Source of the DNA: Rhizodiscina lignyota
Taxonomy: Eukaryota
Direction of reading: 5' to 3'
Assembly (NCBI GenBank): GCA_010015805.1
Contig: ML978122.1
Coordinates: 2,576,453 to 2,640,452, forward strand
DNA length: 64,000 nucleotides
The position numbers were made by a program, and so were the translations under genes. Shown here one piece after another: positions 13,901-26,444 of the stretch. Under the pieces are notes generated by a model that had not been told where the DNA came from, did no database searches, and saw only the letters and a list, made by a program, of their open reading frames with translations. How positions within the stretch are numbered: the stretch's first letter is position 1; every line of letters begins with the position of its first letter.

Positions 13901-16900
13901 ATTGGACGCTTTCCAGAATTGTCCACCGCTGTGGTCGATGCTCCATTACTGAGGAGAAACGAAACTAAGTCAGAGCCAGGCACCAAATGGTTGGCTCCCT
14001 TGCCAATCCCAGTCATGTAGACTTCTTGCACCGGGCGGATTGCGAGATGGAGAGCTGTTTCACCCGCATCAGTTGTCTTGGACAACTCTGAAGCGTAGTC
14101 GAAATTGGGGTCTTTGAAAAGATGCTCTACAATTGCAAGTTGGCTGGCCCAGCAAGCTTGATGTAAAAGGGTGAGGCCGTTTCCATCTTCGCCTGGCATT
14201 TCGCATTTGTTCTTTTGACAGGACGTATACAATTGCTTAAATATTTCCAGTCTTCCGGACCGGCAAGCAATATGCATGGAGGTTGCTCCTGATTTATTCT
14301 TGTGGGTTGGATTTGCTTTGATGGAAAGCAGATACTGCACCACATCCAAGTGTCCATATTTGGACGCTCCGCGGAGACATCTCTCAAGGAGGAACTCTGC
14401 TTTGATAGTTTCTTCGCTAAGATGGGCCAGGATTCTCTTGACAGTCTCCAACGACCCATCCTTCGCTGATTTTAAGGCAGTCTTGCTGAACGCCGCAAGT
14501 GGCCATTGTGTCGGACTCTTTAGATCTTCAAGGAGACTTTCTGCGTCTGGATTTAGATAATCGAGGTGCTCTGTTTCCATGAATTCGCCATCCCTGATCT
14601 CCATCCGCAGTGCTAGCTCGTATGCATCAACCCAATCTTTTCGGGCAATACGACTCTCTCCCGAAATTCTCAAATCACGTGCTTCCACTTTCAGGGCCCT
14701 CATGGCGGACTTCGTGACTGCAAATCTTGCTTGTATCAGGGCTTTGGCACAGTTTGGCCTCTTCCTGCGGATTGTCTCGAGAACAAGATCCTCTGTGTTT
14801 CTTGTTGGCGTAACTCCAGCTGCCAAGAGTGACTCTGTCACATCTGAGGTTGGCGTTCTCAAAGGGGTATCGGAGAACACTGCACAATGGATAGGAGTTC
14901 CAATAAGGCTAATTTTGTTCGGATCTAGGTCCCGGTCGAGGAGTAACGACACTAGCTCTGGCACATTGCATAAACATGCCATATGTAAAGTGGTGGTATC
15001 GCGTAGACGCTCCTCAGTGAGCTCTCGGAATTCTTGGTTACGCATCAAGCGACGTTTGGCCCAGGTCGAGAACTCATCAGTTTTCGATGGATCGAAAAGC
15101 TGCGAAGCAAGCTTGAGGAGTGTGGGGTGACGTGGAGTTGGACAATGAGACCAATGAAAATCCCAGTAGTCAGCCGCGTAGTTGAGCAGCCCTTCATCAA
15201 GTTGTTCTGGGTCTTTGAGTGTCTGCCGAAGGTTGATTCTCAAACAGGTTGCCGCAATTTCGGAATGATCTTCCGAATGAAGACCAAAATCTGCTAATGG
15301 CAGTGATGCGTCACGGGAAATGCCTTCCAGATACTCGCGAACTGAGAAATGGCTAAGTTCTAATGTTCCATCTGGTGATTCCAGGAACAGGCCACTGCAA
15401 TTCCTCAAGATAACTCTGGAATCCGGTATAAAGTCGTCAAGATCGAGCTCCATACCCTCGTCCAATGAACTAGAAGCTGAATTGCTGATAGCAATGGCTG
15501 TTAATATGGTGGATAGTTTCAGATTTTGTGGCGAGAGCGCTACCCATTTCAATGCCTTTTGTATGTCTTGTCGAGTTAAAGGAGCGCCTTGAGTGCGATC
15601 GATTATTCTGTTCAGGATTCTTTCGTATGTCTTTGGCAAAGTTGGTGGGAGGTTCTTCAAAGCTTCTCGTCGTTCCCGATCAGAGCTTAGAGCAGAGAGA
15701 TAATCTAGTTGGCATCGAACCCATTGAAACATTCCTGCAGCGCCTTTTGTCAAATGGGTCATGATCTCTTCTTTGAGAGCGGGGCTTCGAATCGTGACAC
15801 CATTGCCGCTGAATCGACTGTCCAGCTCGGATAAGACAAAAAGTCGTATGTCGTCAGACTCTGCCATAATGCATATTGCAGAAAAGTCTTTAAGACACCC
15901 TTTGATATCAATGTCTTGCCTACTGAGGTATAGTGTATTGAAATCATGGCCCGAGTCATCTCCTAAGGACGCGAGAGTGCTAAACAGTCTTTGACGATCG
16001 TCAGCACACTCATCGAGGCCATCTATAACGACGAAGGTGCGTCCAAAGAAATTCGACAACTCTTTGACAAGCTCAAGAAGCTGTAATTCGCTGAATTGTG
16101 GCGCAATTTCAAGTGACGATTCGTGATCTCGGTAGTACTTGAGGAGGTAAGCCAACGCGTCGTCTCGCTGCCTCGCGAGTTGGGATGCAACGCTTGACAA
16201 GATGTTGGATAAGACCTGGCTGCTGGAATTGGAGTAATCACAAAAGAAGTACGCCACAGCGACGTCACCAGAGCGACGCATCTCGAAATCGTCAATGATT
16301 GTTGTGGCCAACGTTGATTTTCCAGCACCTGGAATGCCATAGATCCAAAGCTTTGCGTTTTCTTCTTTGACAAAGTCTTGGTAGTATTCTCTTTCAAGAA
16401 GCCACAGTCCGGTTCCAACTTGGCGTTGCCTTGTCAGTTGACGGCGTCGTCTGGCAGGATCGACGTGGTTGAAAGTATGCAAAACCTTCTGATCAGCGTC
16501 TTTCATTCTATCGAATCTCTCTTCTTCCTGAGCTTGGAAAGGGTATCGAGCATCTTATCTTGACGGCCAAGAATCTTGAGAAGGGAGGGGAGGGAATCCA
16601 CTGTGAGTGCGAGGGTGAAGGTCGACTTATCGTGCTCTAGCTTTCGCATAATATCCTGGACTTCGCTTCCTTTGAATGGCCACTGAGCTCTTTGTGCAAT
16701 GCGATGACCGAGGTTCTTCAAGGGGCTGTCTTGCGGATTCCCGACAGAGTTGTGTTGTACGGTTCCATGGTTGTTGCTGTCTTCGGCTTTTGTGAAGGCT
16801 TCCAGAATCCTCCTCAGCTTCTCCAGATTGCTGCTACAAGATGCAACGCCCTGTGTATATACAAAATCTAAAAGCTAATTCATCATTTGGTGGTATTACG

Positions 16901-17124
16901 CTCAATACGTACTTACCTGTTGAGCTCCATTCCTGGTGCTGCTGGGTCAGAATTTTCAAGGTGGTGAGAACACCTGACAGGCTGGAGACTGCTAGTAGCA
17001 AGTCTGTGATCTCCTGTCGGAAGTTCTGCTGCTGTTTTGCGAATCGATAGAGGCCATGTGTGACTAATTCGGCGAGTTGTACAATGCCAGCCACGCTCGC
17101 TGCGAGAGACAGTGGTTCTGCCAT
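10909..17124 (-). pseudogene. Fungal NLR-like STAND protein: N-terminal HeLo-like/'fungal N-terminal of STAND' domain + NACHT + winged helix + ankyrin repeats; frameshifted near 16525
   Basis: Start MAEPLSLAASVAGIVQLAELV; intron 16868-16916; Walker A GIPGAGKSTLA, Walker B FVVIDGLDEC, GMFQWVRCQL, LPPTLPKTYERIL; many TxLHxA ankyrin repeats; intron 12117-12161 joins the 400-aa tail in frame; N-terminal exon stops at 16503, out of frame with the NACHT ORF (could be a sequencing error). Confidence 0.8.
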
Positions 17125-17801
17125 GGCAACGAGCTGGGACTCATTAAGCCCGATATGGCTCGAAATATAGAACAGCGAGAAGTATGAAATCCATTGCCCT
17201 AAATGATCTGGGAGGGATGGCAAAATCTATCCTTAATTCGTTCATCAGCCTTGTTGACGAGGCTGCGCTGAATCACCAGATTCGTTCGGCAAAGGTGGCC
17301 AGGCTGTTTTTGAAGTGCCCGGGGTATCAAACGGGGCTTTCTCCAGGCATCTAGGGTAAGGCAAAGGCGGCGCAAGGCTTCGCTACCATCGGATGAAGGG
17401 CTAGAGTAGAGTACATAACTAAATAGACCGAGACACCTTACAGAATAGAGTGCTATGTAAGAAGTAGTAGTTCGAAATCATCTAGGACGGTCACTCGGGT
17501 GACAAAATAGTTGAGTGCTATGAAATTTGAACATACTATGCAGAAGCGGGGTTTCCTCCTCGCTGTAGGATATTACGGTATGTTAGTCATATCAACTTTA
17601 GTCGCGTAACGATTAGCGCGGCGCTAGAATAACGTTTTACTAGGCCTAGAATAACTTTCTACCGGCTTTATTTCTATTATAACTGTCTTATCTTTATAGT
17701 AATAATTTTTAGATAGTATATAGTCTTTTTAAGCTAGTAGCTTATATAATATAAGCTAGCTAATATACTATTAGCTGCTACTACTATAGTTATAAGAATA
17801 A

Positions 17802-18010
17802 TATAAGGGAGATTTGTAAATAGAAAGCCTTTATAGCTAAATATAGTAGATTTACTATATATATAAATATTTAAGGAGTTTAAGTAGAAAAGATAAAATA
17901 AAAGGGGTTTATAAAAGTACTTAAGACTAAAGTTATTCTAGCTCTAGGCCTAGGCCTTTCTAGCCTGTTTCTAGCCTAGCTTTAAGGCTTACGCCGAGCA
18001 TTTCCTCACA
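17802..18010 (-). mobile_element. Solo LTR copy 1 (209 bp, heavily RIP-mutated)
   Basis: Minus strand starts TGTGAGG and ends CCCTTATA (RIP form of CCCTCACA); identical 5-bp flanks AATAA (17797-17801 and 18011-18015); colinear homology with 25445-25710. Confidence 0.85.
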
Positions 18011-18011
18011 A

Positions 18012-18050
18012 ATAAGACGGAGTTGTATAAGACGGAATTGTATAAGACGA
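18012..18050 (+). repeat. 15-bp tandem repeat, about 2.6 copies (ATAAGACGGARTTGT)
   Basis: ataagacggagttgt ataagacggaattgt ataagacga read directly. Confidence 0.8.
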
Positions 18051-18143
18051 CTAGGGTATACTACACTTTGCACGGATCCTTGTCAAATCAGGGCTGCAGA
18101 AAGGTGGGACATAATTTACAAATCTCCCTTATACAGGAATTGA

Positions 18144-20293
<2,150 letters not shown>

Positions 20294-20400
20294 TATTGCA
20301 CGAGACGGCATTTTTTCGATGCTCAAAGATTTGTGTAGACAGAGAGGAATCGATCATGTAATGAACCGCGTCTACCATTGACCTCGAGAATGGGTGATTG

Positions 20401-21381
20401 CTACAGCGGCTTTTGCCCGTACACCAAGACATTCCCAAAAACCGCGCCTTGCTCTAACATTTCCTGCTCGAATCGTTCCGCCAGGTTGTCGAACACGGAC
20501 GCGGGGAGATCCAAGCCCATTGCTTTCGAAACATTAGCATTTACCAGAGTAACGACACGACGGCATACACCCACCCTTTGCGCCATTGCTAATATTCGGC
20601 ACCGCGAGCTTAAACGGCTCGAGCGAGTCCCGGGCGTCGCGCTCGTTGCCCATCTTCTTTCCCACGGGGAGCTGGACTCTCCGCACCTCGACGTTCGTGA
20701 GCCCGGCGCGTACGAACGCGTCCCCGAGATCGTTCACAATGGCGGCGCCGGGCCCGGTCTTGTTCCAAATGGCGGCCAGGATGCGCAGCAGGTCGCCGTG
20801 CGCCGTGCCCGGCGTCGGGTGCAGCACGTCGAGCTCCTGCACTTGCAGCCATGCGCCTGGGGAGAGCGTCGCTTGGGGTAAACATCACTCAGCTACATTC
20901 GCATACGTAAGTTCCTGCCAACTCACCGACGAGGTTGGAGACTGGATTGTCGATGCTGACGCTGCCGCAGCCAACGAGCAGGGAGCGGACGTGCGTGAGG
21001 TCGAATGCGCGCACGTGCTCTGCAGGAGGCGGGTCGCACACGTTGCCGACGGCGTAGCGGATATTGCCCTGCGGCGACTCCGGGAGGAAGGCAGCTGTCA
21101 AATCGACGCCGAAGAGCTGCGCCGAGGGCGAGACTTGCTTCTGCAGGTCGCGCAGCAGTGATCCTCTCACTGTTCAGAAAATAATCTCTTGCGGCCCTCT
21201 GGCACTCACCTTCGGCGCAACCAACATCCAAGACCTTCAATCCCGGCTTCTCGAGGTCGACCGCTGCGAAGACAATCTGGCCTTGCAGACAGGCTTGGTG
21301 CCAGGCATGCTGTTTCTGCAGGCGCTCTGCCTCGCGCTTCATCCTGCCCAAAGCATACTTTGCGTCTTCCTTCGCGGCCAT
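20401..21381 (-). CDS. Class I SAM-dependent methyltransferase (small fungal secondary-metabolism type)
   Basis: EAERLQKQH, VLDVGCAEG, LFGVDL, FDLTHVR, LSPGAWLQVQE; three GT-AG introns restore a continuous frame. Confidence 0.85.
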
Positions 21382-21962
21382 TGCAAGCGGCACAAGTCGT
21401 GGTCGGGAGATGGGATGCCGTGCCCGACGAGATTTACAGAGACGCTGAAATAGGGAATCGAGTATGCCGAATTACTGGACCACAGCACAGGCTCTTTTAT
21501 TTTGAAAGTTCGACTGGCTTGCAAGTGCCATGGCGTAGCACCGTTCTGCCTCAAGCCTGGGATGCCTGTCCGAAGTGCTCCATAAATATCCGGAGGCGAT
21601 AAAGACCAACATTACCATGCTTCTGCATGAGCACGTCTCTCGCGTCGCTTTGCGTTGCTAGTTTCCAAGCAATTGGATCATCTCACGTCAGCTGCTCTAC
21701 TGCCTCTACATAAGCATCTGGTGCTGAGTCGAAACGAAATGCAGTACTGAGCTTTTGTCACCATTCGATACGTCCTTATCTGCACATTTGGAGGGTAAAT
21801 GGCAATCTAGGGGTGTCTTGGGGCCTCGAATTATCATGCTAATAGAAGCTTCAAGGTTATCTACTGATCTAGGTTGAAAGGAATCTGAAGACACACGCTA
21901 GACGGAATAGTAATGAAAATACGCAGCGCAATCATAGAAGCGACTGAATGGAAACAAACACA

Positions 21963-24803
21963 TCATACACCACGAGCTGCCATTGCAGCCTTTAGCTTCT
22001 TCTGGAACGACCGGACGTGCTCAGCACCAATCATTGAGAAATGCTCCCCATCAGCGTCGTGGAATCGCGGCGGCGTATTTGAAAAGTCTTTCCACTTCGT
22101 CAACTGCTCCTCGAACCACTCCTCCTTGTTGTTCGCCACTGCCGCCAGTGGATGCGCCACAAACACATCGAGATGCTCGACGCTGCCTTCCGGCTCGTAA
22201 TCCCAAGCAATGGCATGCAGAGCATTCGACACCTCCGCCCACCGGAGAAGCTTCGCCCGGTCCATGGCAAGCTCCTTCATCCTACCCTCCGGAGCCCGCC
22301 GCAGAACCTCATCAAGCACCTCCTCGTAATGCATCCTATCGATTTCCGCATTAAACCTCTTCGGGTCATCGTCAGAAACCAGCTGCAGGAACAGCGCGAG
22401 CGTCAGCACGGCCGTCGTCATGTTGAGCTGGCGAATGCGCTGCTTGATGTGCGGCGGCAGATTCAGCACGCCCAGGAAGCGCACCTCCTGCCCCGCCGCG
22501 CGCAGCATCTTCGCCATCTCGACGGCGAACATGCTGCCGAAGGAGTAGCCGAGGATGGCATACGGGCCATGTGGCTGCACCGCTCGCATCCGCGCGACGT
22601 ACGTGTCTATGCATTGGGGGATGCTGGCGAAGAAAGGCTCGCCGTCGAAGCCGCGCGCGCGCAGCGCGTACACAGCCCGCTCGCCGGCAAAGTACTTTGC
22701 CAGGTTAAGGTATACGAGCACCTCGCCGGCGCCGGGGTGCACGAGCCACAAGGGCGTGGCGGTGTTTGATGGCGGCGGCTGGAGCACAACGAGCGGGTCG
22801 TAGCCTTCTGGTGTCGGTTGTCCATTGGAATTAGACGCTGCACCAGTGGGCGGCTCTAGCGCGGCGGCGAGAGAGCGGATGGAGCGGCTCGTCAGGATCA
22901 GGATGAACGAAATTTCGTTGATGCCGAGCTCGTCCTGTAGCTGCTTCTTGAGCTGGATGACTTCCATCGAGCTGACGCCCATGTCCAAGAGGCCCTTTGT
23001 GACGGAGAGCTCTCGTTCGGGTACCCCTGCAATTCGTGCGACGCAGGCGTGAACTATTATTTCTGTCTTTGTCCGCGGTTCCTCGTAAGCTGAGGCTCGG
23101 AAGTCGCGCAAAAGAGCGTCGTTCAAGTCGACTTGGGCGGCAAACTCGCCGTTCTCGAACCTCGTCCGTACTTTAGTTGCGGACAGTTTGCCCAGCGACG
23201 ATTTCTCAAGCATGCTCTTATCCAGCGGCACGACCTTGAACGGCTTGGCGTTGCACTGAAACATGACCGTCCTGCTGATCATCTCGTCAGTGTCGGAGCG
23301 GGCTTGGATGTCGTCTGCTGCAAAGCTGGGAAGGTACACGACAACCACAGACTCGGTCTCGGCATCCTTTGGACGGTAGGCGAAGACGACGGTGTATGAG
23401 GGCGCAACACCGGGAATCTTGGCCTCTTCCAATGCGGACCTCAAGTCATCCAGGGCATGCTTAACACCGTTGATGTTGACAACGTCTTTCGCCCTGCCAG
23501 CCAAGCGGAGGTTGCCCAACCCATCGATAATGCCCATATCGCCAGTCACAAACCACCCATCCAATGTGAAGGCGGCGTTGGTAGTGGCTGCGTCGTTGAG
23601 ATACTCCTGGAACACTGCTGGACCTTTTAGTTCAAGTCGCCCAATTGTGCCTGGCGCCGCAGTTGTTCCGTCTTCAGAGGCAATCCGCATCTCTGCTCCT
23701 CTCAAGGCCTTTCCTAACACGGCAGCATCATGCCCATTCGCCAGCTCATACGCTGGGAATTGCATGTTGTGAATGGTTCCCGCGCATGTCTCCGTCATGC
23801 CGAATCCTGGAAATATGAATCGCTCTGGAGCACCCAGCGCGCGGAGGCGAGACATGAGCTCGACACCAGTCTTGACAACTAGAGCCTCGCCGCCTGAAGT
23901 CATGGCTCGCAAGCTCGAGACGTCAGGCGCGGCGTCAAGTCTCCACTGAAACTTTCCCGCGTCGAGCGCGCGATTCAAGCTGGCGAGAAAGAAGTTCGGG
24001 GCGAATGTGAACGTCGCACGATGCCGACTGATGAGCTCGAGGTACGTTGGTGGCGCGGTTAAGAGGTCGGTAGCGTGCACGTGGACCTGGGCTGCGTTGT
24101 GGTATAGCGCGTGGAGGTGCGACTCGGTCAGGTTCGCCACGTGGTCCAGGTTGATCCAGTTGAGAAAGACGTCGTCACTGGTGATGCCGAAGCCCTCGCT
24201 CTTGCTTTCAATTGCGGCCAGTATTTGTCTGTTGCGGAGGCAGACTGCTTTCGCGTTGCCGGTACTTCCAGATGTGAGCATCAGGACGGCAGGGTCATCG
24301 AGCCCGCGGAAAGATCCTAAGTCTTCGCTCGTTAGTATATCATTAGGAGTACTTTGCTTTGAAATGTTTTCGACGGTTCGTATAGTCAAGCCGGCAGCAG
24401 CATCGAAGCATGACTTGAACCTCTCTGTCGTTATGACCAATGGATTGTCTAGTAGCTTCTCTAGATGGTGCAGGTGGTTTTGATGCTGGCTTGCATTTTG
24501 TGTGAATGGTGTGGAAATTGCTGGGGTGAATCCTGCAATGACGGTTGACCAAAACCAGACGATCGAGTTCATGTGGTCATCGAAGTGGAGAAGTACGACT
24601 TTGTTGGGATTCGTCTTCTCGATTTGTAGCAGCTTCTTTGCATTTTGTCTCCCCATATCCAAGAGGTCTGTGTACGTGATTTCGTTAGAATGCTCGGTAC
24701 TTCCGAGAGAATACACGGTGATGCCATTCTCAACCTGGTTCGTCGCCGCCTTAAGGAGTATTGAATGGAGATTTGTGACTTCTAAGATCTGAGTTGAGCC
24801 CAT
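21963..24803 (-). CDS. NRPS-like A-T-TE enzyme (aryl alpha-keto acid condensing; atromentin/polyporic acid/didemethylasterriquinone synthetase family)
   Basis: Intronless 946 aa; A domain LMLTSGSTGNAK, WINLDHVANLTESH, GFGMTETCAG, WFVTGD, KSSLGKLS; T domain DMGVSSM; TE HPGAGE, GYSFG, LNLPPHIK, GEHFSMI; no C domain. Confidence 0.93.
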   Translation of the reverse strand: MGSTQILEVTNLHSILLKAATNQVENGITVYSLGSTEHSNEITYTDLLDMGRQNAKKLLQIEKTNPNKVVLLHFDDHMNSIVWFWSTVIAGFTPAISTPFTQNASQHQNHLHHLEKLLDNPLVITTERFKSCFDAAAGLTIRTVENISKQSTPNDILTSEDLGSFRGLDDPAVLMLTSGSTGNAKAVCLRNRQILAAIESKSEGFGITSDDVFLNWINLDHVANLTESHLHALYHNAAQVHVHATDLLTAPPTYLELISRHRATFTFAPNFFLASLNRALDAGKFQWRLDAAPDVSSLRAMTSGGEALVVKTGVELMSRLRALGAPERFIFPGFGMTETCAGTIHNMQFPAYELANGHDAAVLGKALRGAEMRIASEDGTTAAPGTIGRLELKGPAVFQEYLNDAATTNAAFTLDGWFVTGDMGIIDGLGNLRLAGRAKDVVNINGVKHALDDLRSALEEAKIPGVAPSYTVVFAYRPKDAETESVVVVYLPSFAADDIQARSDTDEMISRTVMFQCNAKPFKVVPLDKSMLEKSSLGKLSATKVRTRFENGEFAAQVDLNDALLRDFRASAYEEPRTKTEIIVHACVARIAGVPERELSVTKGLLDMGVSSMEVIQLKKQLQDELGINEISFILILTSRSIRSLAAALEPPTGAASNSNGQPTPEGYDPLVVLQPPPSNTATPLWLVHPGAGEVLVYLNLAKYFAGERAVYALRARGFDGEPFFASIPQCIDTYVARMRAVQPHGPYAILGYSFGSMFAVEMAKMLRAAGQEVRFLGVLNLPPHIKQRIRQLNMTTAVLTLALFLQLVSDDDPKRFNAEIDRMHYEEVLDEVLRRAPEGRMKELAMDRAKLLRWAEVSNALHAIAWDYEPEGSVEHLDVFVAHPLAAVANNKEEWFEEQLTKWKDFSNTPPRFHDADGEHFSMIGAEHVRSFQKKLKAAMAARGV

Positions 24804-25044
24804 TGTGCCACACGCTGCAGCATCAAGATGAAAGAATCGGCTCTTTTTAAGACCCTACACGTCTCCTAAATGGGAATCTCATTCTATCACAAAGCAAATC
24901 ATTCCTAGCATCCGGAAATATACTTAGTATCAACACTAAGACCTCCCCTATACATGCTACGGACGGTAAGGCCTAGCATGCCGCTTACGTAAGCAAAGCG
25001 GATATTCAGATGATTTATCCTATAGAAATGAATATTTCCGTCTT

Positions 25045-26220
25045 ACTATTCTTTTAAACACGTTATAACGTTAAGAGATCTAATAGTTACGTATAATAGA
25101 TTACTAAATATAATACTATCCTAAAATTTATAGTTAATTTTTAGAGCGTAATTTCTTAATAACTATAAAAGATAATAACTTTAAATTTAAATATTTAGCT
25201 ATTACTTTATAAAGAGAAAAATCTTAGCTTTTTAAATATTTAAGTATAAGCTTAAAATATACTTATATTAGTAGAACTATTAAAATTTATAATTTATTAA
25301 TTTCTAGTACATAGTATTATATTAGGTAATCTATTACATATAACTATTAAATCTCCTAATACATAGATTAATAATAGGTTCTACTTACTACTACTTATAT
25401 TAGAATATAAAGATAAGATAACATGGTATAGTAGTATAGAATGGTATGAGGAAGCGCTCGGCGCAGACCCGGAAACAGGCTAGAAAGGCCTAGGCCTAGA
25501 GCCGGAATAACCCCGACTCCGAGCGCTAGAGCCAAGGCCGGAACTAGGCCGGAAAGACCCCGGCCCGGAGCCGGAATAACCCTGGCCCCGAGCACCCTTA
25601 TAAAACCCTGCTATTCTATCTTCTCTACTTAGACTCCTTAGATATTCGTGCATATAGTGAATCTACTATATTCGGCTATAAAGGCTCCCTGTTCACAGAT
25701 CTCCCTCACAAACGGCGTTTAGGTTGGGCTTCCTCTTTAGGCTTAGCCGTGCTTCTATACTAAGATGTTAGGACAACCCTGACATTTTAACAGCACAACA
25801 CTTTAGATTTACAACTATACTTCGCATAGTCACTACAATAATAACAGGAGTTTCTACCTTATAAACAGATGCTTATTTACTATCTTATTCCACTCTTAAT
25901 TTCTTATACCCTACTTAGCAGCCTGAGCTAGTCGCGGAGCGACTGGCCGTCTTACGAGTACATCGCTAAATGCGTGTGCGTTTCCGCTACAATAGTTATA
26001 GACTTGCATTTACAAATAACAAGGTTATAATTACGCGTCTTACGAGTTGGCAAACGTAATACTTACTGCCTAAGAAGTGTAAAATCACGAGTAAGCTTAC
26101 GCTAATTTAACAAACGATAACGTCGTACTTAGCGCCCTTACAGCAGCTGTAGCTAGGCCTAAACTCGCTTCCGCGAGTACATTCGCAAGACTAGTTCTTA
26201 ATCGCTTTATCCCTCTAAGC
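25045..26220. repeat. AT-rich RIP-degenerated repeat relic in the divergent NRPS-like/P450 intergenic region
   Basis: Very AT-rich, TpA-rich tract (strongest 25070-25440) without credible ORFs; boundaries approximate. Confidence 0.7.
25445..25710 (+). mobile_element. Solo LTR copy 2 (266 bp, lightly RIP-mutated, with an internal duplication)
   Basis: Starts TATGAGG (from TGTGAGG) and ends CCCTCACA; flanks AATGG/AACGG (TSD with one transition); TATAAAA near 25578-25604 region; aligns with the reverse complement of 17802-18010. Confidence 0.85.
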
Positions 26221-26444
26221 TTCCGTCTCGGTGTCTAATTAAATCTCTGGGTTGAACTCAAAATCACGACATTGTGACTTAAAATAGACTCGAAAATTTA
26301 TACTGCAAAATCTCGGAAGAAAAATTGTTTTTCGTACCTCGAATGGAAAATTGCAACCTAGTCTAACTTTATTTCTTACGCGATATTCATTCATTCATTC
26401 ATAGTATTTTCTCTCTTCTTTTACGGCTGGAAGGGTTAAAAACC

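Larger units (their letters stand above)
17560..18060. repeat. AT-rich RIP-degenerated repeat relic upstream of the halogenase
   Basis: Strong TpA/CTAG excess and very low GC relative to flanking genes, no ORFs; boundaries approximate. Confidence 0.7.

Noticed and set aside
25395..25595. 66-aa Gly/Leu/Pro-rich ORF
   Set aside because: Antisense reading of the LTR's internal duplication
25766..25784. TGTTAGG-acaac-CCTGACA mini inverted repeat resembling collapsed LTR ends
   Set aside because: Too short, no TSD, could be chance
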